A stretch of DNA of 64,000 nt from Alphaproteobacteria bacterium (GTDB taxonomy: Bacteria; Pseudomonadota; Alphaproteobacteria; Bin95): NCBI GenBank assembly GCA_965205265.1, contig CBDBGH010000003.1:448001-512000 (forward strand). Direction: 5' to 3'. Both the position numbers and the translations under genes were made by a program. Below the pieces are notes generated by a model. The model saw nothing but the letters and a program-made list of their open reading frames with translations. It had not been told where the DNA came from and did no database searches. Below, one piece after another: positions 12,821 to 22,222 of the stretch. Each line of letters starts with the position of its first letter. The first letter of the stretch is position 1.

Positions 12821-13129
12821 CTATTCGGGCGCGAATCTGGACGCAACCGACTCGACCTTGTCGGCCAGATATTCGAGCGCCACGGCCAGTTCCTCCAGGT
12901 CCGGCGCTTCCTCCTGCTTCCGCGCCGCCTGCTCCCGGATGAGGTCGTCGGCGAGCATCACGCTCGCCATGACGACGAGGTTGAGGTCGTTCACCCGGCC
13001 CATCTGGCCTGCAAGCTCGCCGACCCCCGCGTCGAGCAGCGCGCCCGCCGCCCGGATGCGCTCCTCCTGCCCGTCGTCGCAGGAGAGGCTGTACTGCTTG
13101 CCGTTGATCGTGATCGCGACCTGGGCCAA
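12821..13129 (-). CDS. zapA: Cell division protein ZapA
   Basis: ITINGKQYSLSCDDGQEERI; position upstream of ssrS. Confidence 0.92.
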   Translation of the reverse strand: MAQVAITINGKQYSLSCDDGQEERIRAAGALLDAGVGELAGQMGRVNDLNLVVMASVMLADDLIREQAARKQEEAPDLEELAVALEYLADKVESVASRFAPE

Positions 13130-13134
13130 GGGCG

Positions 13135-13341
13135 TTACTCCCCGCTTTCGACCGCCGCATCGAGGCGGGCTATGGCGGTGTCGAGGCGCGCGGCAACCTG
13201 GCCGTGCAGGGCGCGGAGCGCGGCGATCTCGGTTTCGGCTTCCGGATTTCCCACCGGGGCCGAATCGAGCCGCTCCAGAGCGGCGTCGATGCGCGAAAGC
13301 GCCGCTTCGATGCGCGAAATAACGTCTTCGTTTCCGGTCAT
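13135..13341 (-). CDS. Small coiled-coil protein upstream of zapA (DUF4164-like)
   Basis: 68-aa helical ORF; usual position between tkt and zapA in alphaproteobacteria. Confidence 0.7.
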   Translation of the reverse strand: MTGNEDVISRIEAALSRIDAALERLDSAPVGNPEAETEIAALRALHGQVAARLDTAIARLDAAVESGE

Positions 13342-13487
13342 GCGGTTTCCGGCCCCGTTACGGCCCTTATTTGACAGCCCGCATTGAGCAGCGTCAACAA
13401 ACCGCTGTCCGGCCGTGTTGACGGCGGCGGTCCGGGGCGGGCATTTTGCCGGCCCCGATGCTTCCAATTCCGGACCGCCCTGTTCCC

Positions 13488-15464
13488 ATGTCCGCCCGAT
13501 CCGACCTCGCCTCGATGGCGAACGCTTTGCGCGCGCTTGCGATGGACGCCGTCGAGCAAGCGAACTCCGGCCATCCGGGCATGCCGATGGGCATGGCGGA
13601 CGTGGCGACCGTGCTGTTCACGCGCTATCTGCGCTACGACGCCGGCGCGCCCGACTGGCCGGACCGGGACCGGTTCGTGCTCTCTGCCGGCCACGGTTCG
13701 ATGCTGCTTTACGGCCTGCTGCACCTGGCCGGCTATCCCGGCATGGAGATGGGCGAGATCGAGCGCTTCCGCCAGCTCGGCAGCGCTACGCCCGGCCATC
13801 CGGAATACGGTCACAGCCCCGGTGTCGAGACCACGACCGGCCCGCTCGGCCAGGGCATCGCCACGGCAGTCGGCATGGGCATCGCCGAGCGTGCGATGAA
13901 CGCCGCCTTCGGCGACGGTCTGGTGGACCACCGCTGCTGGGTGATCGCGAGCGACGGCGACATGATGGAGGGCGTGTCGCACGAGGCCGCGGCGCTTGCG
14001 GGCCATCTCGGGCTCGGCCGGCTGATCGTGCTCTATGACGACAACGGCATCTCCATCGACGGGCCGACCGCGCTCGCCATGTCGGACGACCCGGCCGGGC
14101 GCTTCGAGGCCTGCGGCTGGCACACCGCCGCCTGCGACGGGCACGACCCGGACGACATCGCCCGCGCCATCGACGCCGCACTCGCCGACCCGCGCCCCTC
14201 CCTCGTCTCCTGCCGCACGACCATTGCCAGGGGCGCGCCGACCAAGGCCGGAACGGCCGCCTCGCACGGCGCGCCGCTCGGCGCGGACGAGGTGGCGGCG
14301 GCGCGCGAGGCGCTCGGCTGGCGCCATGCCCCCTTCGTCATCCCGGACGACATCACCGCCGCCTGGCGCGAAGCGGGCGCGAAGGGCAGCGCGGCGCGGG
14401 AAGCCTGGCAGGCGCGGCTGGAAGCGAGCGCGGACCGGGCGGAGTTCGAGCGGCGCATGAGCGGTGCGCTGCCCGCCGGCTTCGGGGCCGCCATGGCGGA
14501 GTACAAGGCGGGCCTGCTGGCGGACCCGCCGAAGCTGGCCACCCGGCAGGCGTCGCAGCGCGCGCTCGGCGCGGTGAACGCCGCACTCCCGGAGACGATC
14601 GGCGGCTCGGCCGACCTCACCGGCTCCAACGGCACGCTGACGCCCGGCCTCGAGCCCTGGAACGCGGAGAATTACGGCGGCCGCTACCTGCATTACGGCG
14701 TGCGCGAGCATGGTATGGCGGCGGCGATGAACGGCATGGCGCTGCATGGCGGCGTCATCCCCTACGGCGCCACCTTCCTGACCTTCACCGACTATTGCCG
14801 GCCCTCCATCCGCCTCGCGGCGCTGATGGGCGTGCGTTCGATCTTCGTCATGACGCACGATTCCATCGGCCTCGGCGAGGACGGGCCGACGCACCAGCCC
14901 ATTGAGCATCTGGCGAGCCTGCGCGCCATGCCGGGCCTCCTCACCATGCGCCCGGCGGACGCGATGGAAACGGCCGAATGCTGGGAGGTGGCGCTCTCGC
15001 TGAAGGGCCCGTCCGTGCTCGCGCTGACGCGTCAGGGCGTGCCGGCGGTGCGCACCGAGGCGGCGGCGGAGAACCTGTCGGCGCGCGGGGCCTATGTGCT
15101 CGCCGATTGCGAGGGCGCGCCGGCGGCGGTGCTGATCGCCACGGGCTCCGAGGTCGGCATCGCGATGGAGGCGAAGGCGGCGCTCGACGAGTCCGGCGCG
15201 CCGACGCGCGTGGTCTCCATGCCGTGCATGGAGCTGTTCGAGCGGCAGGACGCCGCATATCGGTCGAGCGTGCTGCCGGAGGGGCCGGTGCGGGTCGCGG
15301 TCGAGGCGGCTGCGTCCTTCGGCTGGGAACGCCATGTGGGTCCGGGCGGCGCGGTGGTCGGCATGGACGGCTTCGGCGCCTCGGCCCCGGCCCCGGCGCT
15401 TTACGAGCATTTCGGCATCACGGCCGCGCGGGTGGTCGAGGAAGTGCGCGCCCGGCTCGGCTGA
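13488..15464 (+). CDS. tkt: Transketolase
   Basis: [38 protein letters not shown]. Confidence 0.98.
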   Translation: MSARSDLASMANALRALAMDAVEQANSGHPGMPMGMADVATVLFTRYLRYDAGAPDWPDRDRFVLSAGHGSMLLYGLLHLAGYPGMEMGEIERFRQLGSATPGHPEYGHSPGVETTTGPLGQGIATAVGMGIAERAMNAAFGDGLVDHRCWVIASDGDMMEGVSHEAAALAGHLGLGRLIVLYDDNGISIDGPTALAMSDDPAGRFEACGWHTAACDGHDPDDIARAIDAALADPRPSLVSCRTTIARGAPTKAGTAASHGAPLGADEVAAAREALGWRHAPFVIPDDITAAWREAGAKGSAAREAWQARLEASADRAEFERRMSGALPAGFGAAMAEYKAGLLADPPKLATRQASQRALGAVNAALPETIGGSADLTGSNGTLTPGLEPWNAENYGGRYLHYGVREHGMAAAMNGMALHGGVIPYGATFLTFTDYCRPSIRLAALMGVRSIFVMTHDSIGLGEDGPTHQPIEHLASLRAMPGLLTMRPADAMETAECWEVALSLKGPSVLALTRQGVPAVRTEAAAENLSARGAYVLADCEGAPAAVLIATGSEVGIAMEAKAALDESGAPTRVVSMPCMELFERQDAAYRSSVLPEGPVRVAVEAAASFGWERHVGPGGAVVGMDGFGASAPAPALYEHFGITAARVVEEVRARLG

Positions 15465-15502
15465 GTTCCGGGAGCGCGGAACGGGCAAGGGAGACAGGCG
15501 GC

Positions 15503-16507
15503 ATGACAGCCAGGGTCGCAATCAACGGTTTCGGGCGCATCGGCCGGCTGGCGCTGCGCGCGGCGCTGGAATCGGGGCGCAACGATCTGGAGTTCGTCGC
15601 GGTCAACGATCTGGGCTCGGTCGAGGCGAATGCGCATCTGCTCAAATACGATTCGACCCACGGCACCCTGCCGTTCGAGGTCGAGGCGTCGGGCAGCAGC
15701 ATCGAGGTCGCCGGGCGGTCCATCGAGGTGATGGCCGAGCGCAATCCGGCGGACCTGCCCTGGGGACGGCTCGGCATCGACATCGTGCTCGAATGCACCG
15801 GCATTTTTGCGAGCAAGGCCAAGGCCGCCGCCCATCTGGAGGCCGGCGCGCGCAAGGTGCTGGTCTCGGCCCCGGCCGACAATGCGGACCTCACGGTCGT
15901 CTATGGCGTCAACCATGAGGGGCTGGAGGCCGGCCACACCGTCGTCTCCAACGCCTCCTGCACGACCAATTGCCTCGCTCCGGTGGCGCAGGTGCTGCAC
16001 CGCGCGGTCGGCATCGAACGCGGCTTCATGACGACGATCCACGCCTTCACCGGCGACCAGGCGATCCTCGATACGCTGCACGGCGACCTGCGCCGGGCGC
16101 GCGCGGCCGGCCAGTCGATGATCCCGACCTCGACGGGTGCGGCCCGCGCCGTCGGGCTGGTGCTGCCGGAGCTCGCCGGCAAGCTGGACGGCACCTCGGT
16201 GCGCGTGCCGACCGCAAATGTCTCGCTGATCGACTTCAAGTTCTCCGCCGGCCGCGCCACGACCGAGGACGAGGTGAACGGGGCCATCGCGGAGGCGGCC
16301 GGCGGGCGGCTCAAGGGCATTCTCGGCGTCAACGAGGCCCCGCTGGTCTCCGCCGACTTCAACCACGACCCGCACAGCGCGGTGTTCGACGCGACCCAGA
16401 CCAAGGTGATCGACGGCAGCTTCGTGCGCGTCATGGCCTGGTACGACAATGAATGGGGCTTCTCCAACCGCATGTCAGATACCGCTGCGGCGCTGGCCGC
16501 GGCCTGA
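15503..16507 (+). CDS. gap: Glyceraldehyde-3-phosphate dehydrogenase type I
   Basis: [26 protein letters not shown]. Confidence 0.98.
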   Translation: MTARVAINGFGRIGRLALRAALESGRNDLEFVAVNDLGSVEANAHLLKYDSTHGTLPFEVEASGSSIEVAGRSIEVMAERNPADLPWGRLGIDIVLECTGIFASKAKAAAHLEAGARKVLVSAPADNADLTVVYGVNHEGLEAGHTVVSNASCTTNCLAPVAQVLHRAVGIERGFMTTIHAFTGDQAILDTLHGDLRRARAAGQSMIPTSTGAARAVGLVLPELAGKLDGTSVRVPTANVSLIDFKFSAGRATTEDEVNGAIAEAAGGRLKGILGVNEAPLVSADFNHDPHSAVFDATQTKVIDGSFVRVMAWYDNEWGFSNRMSDTAAALAAA

Positions 16508-16578
16508 CCCCGCGCCGCCCCTCCGGGAATCCGTGTATAAAGGGGCTGGCGGGACAGAAGATGCCCGGGAGCGGCAAT

Positions 16579-16872
16579 ATGGCGACAAGGGCGGAAGTGC
16601 AGGCTGCTCTGGAGAAAGCCGGCGTCGATCGGGACGCGGCGCGGACGCTTGCGGGGCAATTGCCGTCCGCCGCCATGCCGGGCTGGCTCAGCGGCCTCAT
16701 CCCGGTGTTCGCTGCGGCCCTGCTCGGCTTGCTGGGCTGGGGCGTGTTGGCGATTTCCGATCTGCGCGAGGATGTCGCCCGCCTGGATGAGAAAGTCGCC
16801 GGCCTGGGTGAGAAAATTGAACGGGTCGATGAGAAGATCGACCTTGTTATCGAGCGTCTGCCGCACCGGTAG
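16579..16872 (+). CDS. Small membrane-anchored coiled-coil protein of unknown function
   Basis: Hydrophobic segment LIPVFAAALLGLLGWGVLAI followed by heptads LREDVARLDEKVAGLGEKIERVDEKIDLV; alternative ATG at 16561. Confidence 0.65.
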   Translation: MATRAEVQAALEKAGVDRDAARTLAGQLPSAAMPGWLSGLIPVFAAALLGLLGWGVLAISDLREDVARLDEKVAGLGEKIERVDEKIDLVIERLPHR

Positions 16873-17070
16873 GACCGGCCGGCTAAAGCCGCGCTCGGCA
16901 TTATCGGCCTGGCCGTCGCAATCCTGAAATTCGCCTGACAGGCCGCCGGCCGTGGCATGACCGTGGAATTCGGAATTTATTGGCGCGAGCGCTTCCACGT
17001 GGGCTTCCGCGTGGCCTTGTCGTACTGTCCTGCCCTCTTCCCCGGAGGCGACTCAATGTGGCCTTGATAT

Positions 17071-17090
17071 GGTAAGGAATACTCCTTACC
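17071..17090. promoter_or_regulatory. Probable autorepression operator of prlF-yhaV
   Basis: Perfect inverted repeat GGTAAGGA-atac-TCCTTACC 30 bp upstream of the antitoxin start. Confidence 0.55.
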
Positions 17091-17120
17091 TTCGCGCATG
17101 GCACGCAGGGAGCGTCGATC

Positions 17121-17441
17121 ATGCCGATCATCCACGAAGTCGCCACGATGACCGCCAAGGGCCAGATCACCCTGCCGAGGACGATCCGCCGGGCGCTGGG
17201 GGTGGATGTCGGCGCCAGGGTGGCGTTCGAACTTCACGAGAACGGACGGGTCGTCGTCAGCCGCGCCGATGCCGGGCATGAAGACCCTGCCATCGCGGCG
17301 TTCCTGGACCTGCTCGCCGGCGATATCCGGGCCGGCCGGCACGTTGGGGCCATGCCCGACGATCTGGCCAGGAGCATGCTCGACCATGCCGGGCGTGAAT
17401 CGCAAGCAGGCGAGGACATCGACGGCGACGTCGATCTCTGA
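17121..17441 (+). CDS. prlF: Type II antitoxin, PrlF (AbrB-fold) family
   Basis: ATMTAKGQITLPRTIRRALG AbrB domain, EDPAIAAFLDLLA, acidic tail. Confidence 0.88.
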   Translation: MPIIHEVATMTAKGQITLPRTIRRALGVDVGARVAFELHENGRVVVSRADAGHEDPAIAAFLDLLAGDIRAGRHVGAMPDDLARSMLDHAGRESQAGEDIDGDVDL

Positions 17442-17899
17442 TGCAGCGCCACGAATGGACGCTGCTGTTCCACGATTGCCTCATCGACCAGCTGCGCAAG
17501 CTCCACGAGGCAGCGCAACGCGCGCAAAGAAACGATCCGGCCGGGTTCGCATCCAATGCCAACGTCAAGCTGTTCCAGGCATTGAGCCGGCTGATGCTGG
17601 AGGTCGTCCCTCAGGACCCGTCCCGGGACGAATACCGCCAGGGCGCCGCGCTCGGCCCGGACCGCCGCCACTGGAGGCGCGCCAGGATCGGCAGGCGGTT
17701 CCGCTTGTTCTTCCGCTACGACGCCAGGGCGAGGGTGATCGTCTATGCGTGGGTGAATGACCGGCGCACGCTCCGCTCCTCGGGGAGCCGGACCGATCCG
17801 TACCGGGTGTTCGCCGGGATGCTCGCGCGGGGGAATCCGCCCGACGACTGGGCCTCGCTGATGGCGGCCTCAAGGCGGGATTGGGAGGGGCAGGACTGA
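17441..17899 (+). CDS. yhaV: Type II toxin, YhaV family RNase
   Basis: VPQDP..EYRQG..LG, FRLFFRYD, YAWVND, GNPPDDW; TGATG overlap with prlF. Confidence 0.92.
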   Translation: MQRHEWTLLFHDCLIDQLRKLHEAAQRAQRNDPAGFASNANVKLFQALSRLMLEVVPQDPSRDEYRQGAALGPDRRHWRRARIGRRFRLFFRYDARARVIVYAWVNDRRTLRSSGSRTDPYRVFAGMLARGNPPDDWASLMAASRRDWEGQD

Positions 17900-17994
17900 C
17901 CGTTCCCGGTTGAACGCCATCTGCCCATGCCCATGCGGAGGCGCCCGCGCGACTGACTTCCGAACGGCTCTCACCGCGACCGGGGAGGACGCAA

Positions 17995-18759
17995 TCATCG
18001 CGAAGATGTCTCTTCCGCCAGCCGATGGGCTGTCAGGAAGGTATCGATATGGCGAAGCGCCAGCGAGATTGTCTCCGGCGACTTTCTCCATGGAAAGAGG
18101 CTTACCTGGGCGTTCGGGGCGAGGCGCGCGGTCTCCATGGCCATGGCGTAGGGGTGCGGCGGAATGTCGTCGGGCAGGATCAGGACCGGTGTCTCGCACC
18201 CGCGCACGAATTCGCGGGTCGCGGTGAAGACGAAGTCGGCGGTGTCGGGGTACATGTTCGTCAGGAAGGCGTCGACCATCTCCATGGTGAGATCGGGCCG
18301 GCGTTCGCAGAGTTGGGGGCCCCAGGACTCGGAATTCATCCGATGAAAGAAGCCGGGTGCATCCGGATTGAAGCCGCTCGGGTGAACCAGCACGGCTGCG
18401 ACGATACGGTCCGGTATCTTGCTGAGGAGATTCCAGATGAAGGGGCCGCCGATGCAAAAGCCCAGCACCATGAACCGGTCGATCCCGAGGTGATCCATCA
18501 GGCCGATCTGGTCGTCGGCATGCGCATCCCACGGTCGTTCAATCTCAAGCGGCCCCGACGACTCCCCGCCATTGCTGTTGCGGAGGTCGATTGCGATGCA
18601 GCGATGGGCGTCCCGGAACTCCTCCATCGGGTTGAAATCGTGATTGGCGAGGCCGGCGATGGACGCATTCAGGCCACCGCCCGGAATGACCAGCAACGGA
18701 CAGCCCGACCCGGCCTCTTCATAGTGGATGCGGGTTTGGCCTTTCTCATAGAACGGCAT
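17995..18759 (-). CDS. Alpha/beta-fold hydrolase
   Basis: IHYEEAGSG start; nucleophile elbow GFCIG. Confidence 0.85.
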   Translation of the reverse strand: MPFYEKGQTRIHYEEAGSGCPLLVIPGGGLNASIAGLANHDFNPMEEFRDAHRCIAIDLRNSNGGESSGPLEIERPWDAHADDQIGLMDHLGIDRFMVLGFCIGGPFIWNLLSKIPDRIVAAVLVHPSGFNPDAPGFFHRMNSESWGPQLCERRPDLTMEMVDAFLTNMYPDTADFVFTATREFVRGCETPVLILPDDIPPHPYAMAMETARLAPNAQVSLFPWRKSPETISLALRHIDTFLTAHRLAEETSSR

Positions 18760-18886
18760 GGCGCGTTTCCCCTGCTGTCACTCGCCGTCTTTCACACCTC
18801 CAGCATGGCCCGGCCCCGGATCGGGATTCTGGGCGATGATAAAGGTTGCCCGGGTCGGCTAATCGGGAGCTGACTCCCCGCCGGCG

Positions 18887-19786
18887 TCAGGCCGCCCGCG
18901 GCCTCTCCCCCTGTATCTGCGTCCGGTGCAGCCGGCGGCGGGTTGCGGCGTCGAAGGGGTCGCGGCGGTGCATGGTGCAGCGGTTGTCCCAGAGCACCAC
19001 GTCGCCCACCTGCCAGCGGTGGCGATAAGTGAATTGCTCCTGCTCGACATGGCTCCACAGCTCGTCCAGCAGCGCCTCCGAATCCGAAACCTTCATGCCC
19101 TCGACATAGGAGTTGAGCCGCCGGCCCAGATAGAGCACCGGGCGCCCGCTCTCCGGATGCACCGGCACGGCCGGGTGGCTGGCGCCGGGCGCCTGGCTCA
19201 CATCCGCCACCTCGTCGAAGCCCGCGCGCAGATAGCCGCCGGAATTGACGCTCGAATCGTGGCGGACGCTGGCGGATTCGAGCCGGCGCCGCATCCCCGC
19301 CGGAAGCGCTTCCAGCGCGGCATACATGTTGAGGAAGCAGGTGTCGCCGCCCTCCGGCGGGATTTCCAGCGCGTAGAGGGCGCTGGCCTTGGGCGGGCGC
19401 TCCTCATAGCTCATGTCGGTGTGCCAGGACGCCTCGCCCGCGCCGAGCGAGCCGATGGGCTTGCCGTCCCTGACGATGTTGGAAATCACATAGAGCTCCG
19501 GCACGCCCTCCACCATGGTCTGGCCGTTCTCCATGATCGGCGCATGGTCGAGCTTGCCGAAGCGCGAAGAGAAGGCGACGAACTCTGCGTCCGTCAGCGT
19601 CTGCCCGCGAAACACCACCACCCCATGCTCGATCCAGGCGGCATGGATGGCGGCGAAGGTCTCGTCGTCGAGCGGCTTGGACAGGTCCACGCCCTCGATC
19701 ACGGCGCCCAGCGCGGCCCCTGTCGGCGCCGCCCTTACGATCTGCTCGACACCTTCCGGCATGGCTTCGGCCTCCTCGTTCGCCAA
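18887..19786 (-). CDS. TauD/TfdA family Fe(II)/2-oxoglutarate dioxygenase (start uncertain)
   Basis: WHTD, GGDT, WDNRCTMHRR facial-triad motifs. Confidence 0.92.
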   Translation of the reverse strand: MANEEAEAMPEGVEQIVRAAPTGAALGAVIEGVDLSKPLDDETFAAIHAAWIEHGVVVFRGQTLTDAEFVAFSSRFGKLDHAPIMENGQTMVEGVPELYVISNIVRDGKPIGSLGAGEASWHTDMSYEERPPKASALYALEIPPEGGDTCFLNMYAALEALPAGMRRRLESASVRHDSSVNSGGYLRAGFDEVADVSQAPGASHPAVPVHPESGRPVLYLGRRLNSYVEGMKVSDSEALLDELWSHVEQEQFTYRHRWQVGDVVLWDNRCTMHRRDPFDAATRRRLHRTQIQGERPRAA

Positions 19787-19926
19787 CCGCCCGCAATGTC
19801 GGGCAAGCGGCGCTCAGGGTCAATGCATTCGTCCTGTCGCCTCGCCAAGGGCGGTAGCGCGCCTGTTTCCCACTCTTTGGGATAGGGAGTCAAGTGTTTG
19901 TTCGTAATATCAGAAATATTTCTTAA

Positions 19927-20450
19927 ATAAGCTTGATTTTGCTGCGTCCACACCGATATTGAGCGGGAGGAATGGAGCGGCCTTCGCGCGGGGCCGCTTC
20001 ACTGCGCTCAAGGCGCCGCCGCGAAAAGCTCCGGGGCAGCCGACAGGAGAGGTGCGCGCTGCGTCTGCCTCGTGCGCGCCGGCGCGCCCGGGCAATCAGG
20101 CGCGCGATTCGCGCCGCCGCGAAACGCGCAGGGGCGCGCAGGCGCGGGCGCGCAGGATACGCGCGAATTAGGGTTCCGCCGCTCGGAGAAAGGCGGCGGT
20201 GGGACGGAGGGAACGAAGTGGAACAAAACGGGATAAGAGAACGACATTCAGGATGCGGAGGGACAGAGTTTCGGCGGAACGGTTCCGATGCTCGAATTCT
20301 CCTCTTCCGCCTGCGGAAGCGGCGGGCGCAGCCCAACAGGCGCCCGTCACACCGGGAGAAGAAGACAAACAGCGGTCCCATACCGGAAAGGGCCACAGGG
20401 TATGAGCATCGCGCATGCGGATCATGACATCGCATGACATACCATGACGC
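19927..20450 (+). repeat. Dispersed intergenic cassette, copy A (promoter-like head, structured leader, phased CATGAC end)
   Basis: Several collinear blocks shared with the reverse complement of 30195-30822 (33/36, 13/13 and 27/28 identities, counted by eye). Confidence 0.8.
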
Positions 20451-20515
20451 CTGCCAGGGGATTAGGAGGCGCCGCATTGCCCGCCGGGTTCCGTGCGGCT
20501 ATGTGGGCCGGCATC

Positions 20516-21094
20516 ATGCTGCGCCGCCTCTATGACGGAACCATGCGCCTTGCCGGGCACCCCCGCGCCGTGTGGATGCTGGCGGCCGTCGCCTTCGCGG
20601 AGAGCCTCTTCTTTCCCGTGCCGGTCGAGGTGCTGCTGCTGCCGATGGTGCTGGCGGCGCCGGCGCGGGCCTGGCGCTACGCGGCCGTCGCCACGGCCGC
20701 CTCCGTCGCGGGCGGCCTGGCGGGCTACGGGACGGGCGCCTTCCTGTTCGAGACCGTCGGCGAGCCGCTGCTCCGCTTCTACGGCCATGGCGAGGCGTTC
20801 GCCGAGGCGCAGGCGCTCTACAACGCGCATGGCGGGCTCATCGTCTTCACCGCCGCCTTCTCTCCCATCCCCTACAAGGTGTTCACCATCGCGAGCGGCG
20901 TCGCCGGCACCGACCTCGCCACCTTTGTCCTAGCCTCGGCGGCCGGCAGGGGACTGCGCTTCTTCATCGTCGCCGCGCTGCTCTGGCGCTTCGGCGCGCC
21001 GATCCGCGCCGTTGTCGAACGCCGGCTCGCGCCATTGACCCTCGCCTTCGCCGTCCTGCTCGTGGCAGGCTTCCTGGTGTTGAGGGTGCTGTGA
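20516..21094 (+). CDS. YqaA/DedA family membrane protein
   Basis: AFAESLFFPVP, SVAGG, FSPIPYKV, RGLRF. Confidence 0.9.
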   Translation: MLRRLYDGTMRLAGHPRAVWMLAAVAFAESLFFPVPVEVLLLPMVLAAPARAWRYAAVATAASVAGGLAGYGTGAFLFETVGEPLLRFYGHGEAFAEAQALYNAHGGLIVFTAAFSPIPYKVFTIASGVAGTDLATFVLASAAGRGLRFFIVAALLWRFGAPIRAVVERRLAPLTLAFAVLLVAGFLVLRVL

Positions 21095-21585
21095 TGCGGT
21101 TCCTGCTCCATCCCGCGGCCATTGCGGCCGGCAGCCTGGCGGCGCTCGCCGCGGCCTTCGCCTTCCAGCATCTGGGCGGGCTGGAGCCGTGCCCGCTCTG
21201 CATCTGGCAGCGCTGGCCGCATGTCGCGACCGCCCTGCTCGCTGCCGTCGCTCTCGGCTTCCGGGGCCCGGCGGCGGCGTTCGCTATGGGGCTGGCGGGG
21301 GCGGCCGCGCTTGCAGGGGCGGGCCTTGCGGGCTTTCATGCCGGCGTCGAACAGCACTGGTGGGCGGGCCTCGCCGCCTGCGAGGGCGGCCCGCCGGCGG
21401 CGACGGTCGCGGAATTGCGCGAGCGCCTGCTGAATGCCGCGCCCGCGCGCTGCGACGAGGCGGCATGGTCGTTCCTCGGCCTCTCCATGGCGGCCTGGAA
21501 CGGGCTGCTTTCGCTGGCGCTGGCGGGCCTGGCGGCCGGCGCGGCGGGACGCACGATCCGGGCCGGCAGGAGCGAAGCGGCATGA
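21094..21585 (+). CDS. dsbB: Disulfide bond formation protein DsbB family
   Basis: LEPCPLCIWQRWP, HAGVE, second Cys pair, GLSMAAWN. Confidence 0.9.
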   Translation: MRFLLHPAAIAAGSLAALAAAFAFQHLGGLEPCPLCIWQRWPHVATALLAAVALGFRGPAAAFAMGLAGAAALAGAGLAGFHAGVEQHWWAGLAACEGGPPAATVAELRERLLNAAPARCDEAAWSFLGLSMAAWNGLLSLALAGLAAGAAGRTIRAGRSEAA

Positions 21586-22118
21586 AGCGCCTTCCCGGAG
21601 ACCCGACGCGGAAAGCGCGCATCGAGGCGATGGTGCGCGTCAACCATGCGGGCGAATACGGCGCGCAGCGCATCTATGAGGGCCAGCTTGCCGTGCTCGG
21701 GCGCGGGCCCGCGGGGCCGGCGCTCCGACACATGGCGCGGCAGGAGGCGCGGCATCTCGCCTATTTCGAGGGCGAACTCGCCGCCCGGCGGGTGCGCCCG
21801 ACCGCGCTCCAGCCGCTCTGGCATCTCGCCGGCTTCGCGCTCGGCGCCGCCACCGCCGCACTCGGCGAGCGGGCGGCCATGGCCTGCACGGTCGCCGTCG
21901 AGGAGGCCATAGACGAGCATTATGCGGGCCAGCTCGAAGCGCTGGAGGGCGAGGAGCCGGAGCTGGCGGCGGCCATCGAAGAGTTCCGGGCCGAGGAGCT
22001 GGAGCACCGCGACACGGCGCTGGCCGCCGGGGCGGAACGGGCCCCCGCCTACGGCCTGCTCTACCGGGCGGTGAATTCCGCCTCGAAACTCGCAATTGCG
22101 CTCTCGACACGGATATGA
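21582..22118 (+). CDS. coq7: Demethoxyubiquinone hydroxylase Coq7
   Basis: RVNHAGEYGA, VAVEEAIDEHY, EELEHRD di-iron motifs. Confidence 0.94.
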   Translation: MKRLPGDPTRKARIEAMVRVNHAGEYGAQRIYEGQLAVLGRGPAGPALRHMARQEARHLAYFEGELAARRVRPTALQPLWHLAGFALGAATAALGERAAMACTVAVEEAIDEHYAGQLEALEGEEPELAAAIEEFRAEELEHRDTALAAGAERAPAYGLLYRAVNSASKLAIALSTRI

Positions 22119-22166
22119 GGCCAAGTCCTTCCAAGCATCGGCTTCTCGTGCCGAGTGTCCTCCCTG

Positions 22167-22205
22167 TTGCAGATTTTCACGAGTATTGATATTGTATCGA
22201 AAATC
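22167..22205 (+). promoter_or_regulatory. Putative sigma70 promoter and operator of the RES TA pair
   Basis: TTGCAG-N17-TATTGT overlapped by the inverted repeat GATTTTC...GAAAATC in an AT-rich patch. Confidence 0.45.
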
Positions 22206-22222
22206 ACAGAAAACTGACCGCC

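Noticed and set aside
19885-20245. Possible alphaproteobacterial LexA boxes (GAAC-N7-GAAC / GTTC-N7-GTTC) around cassette A, and GAACAAAA near 30828
   Set aside because: Only half-sites, N6 spacing or two mismatches; no intact box.
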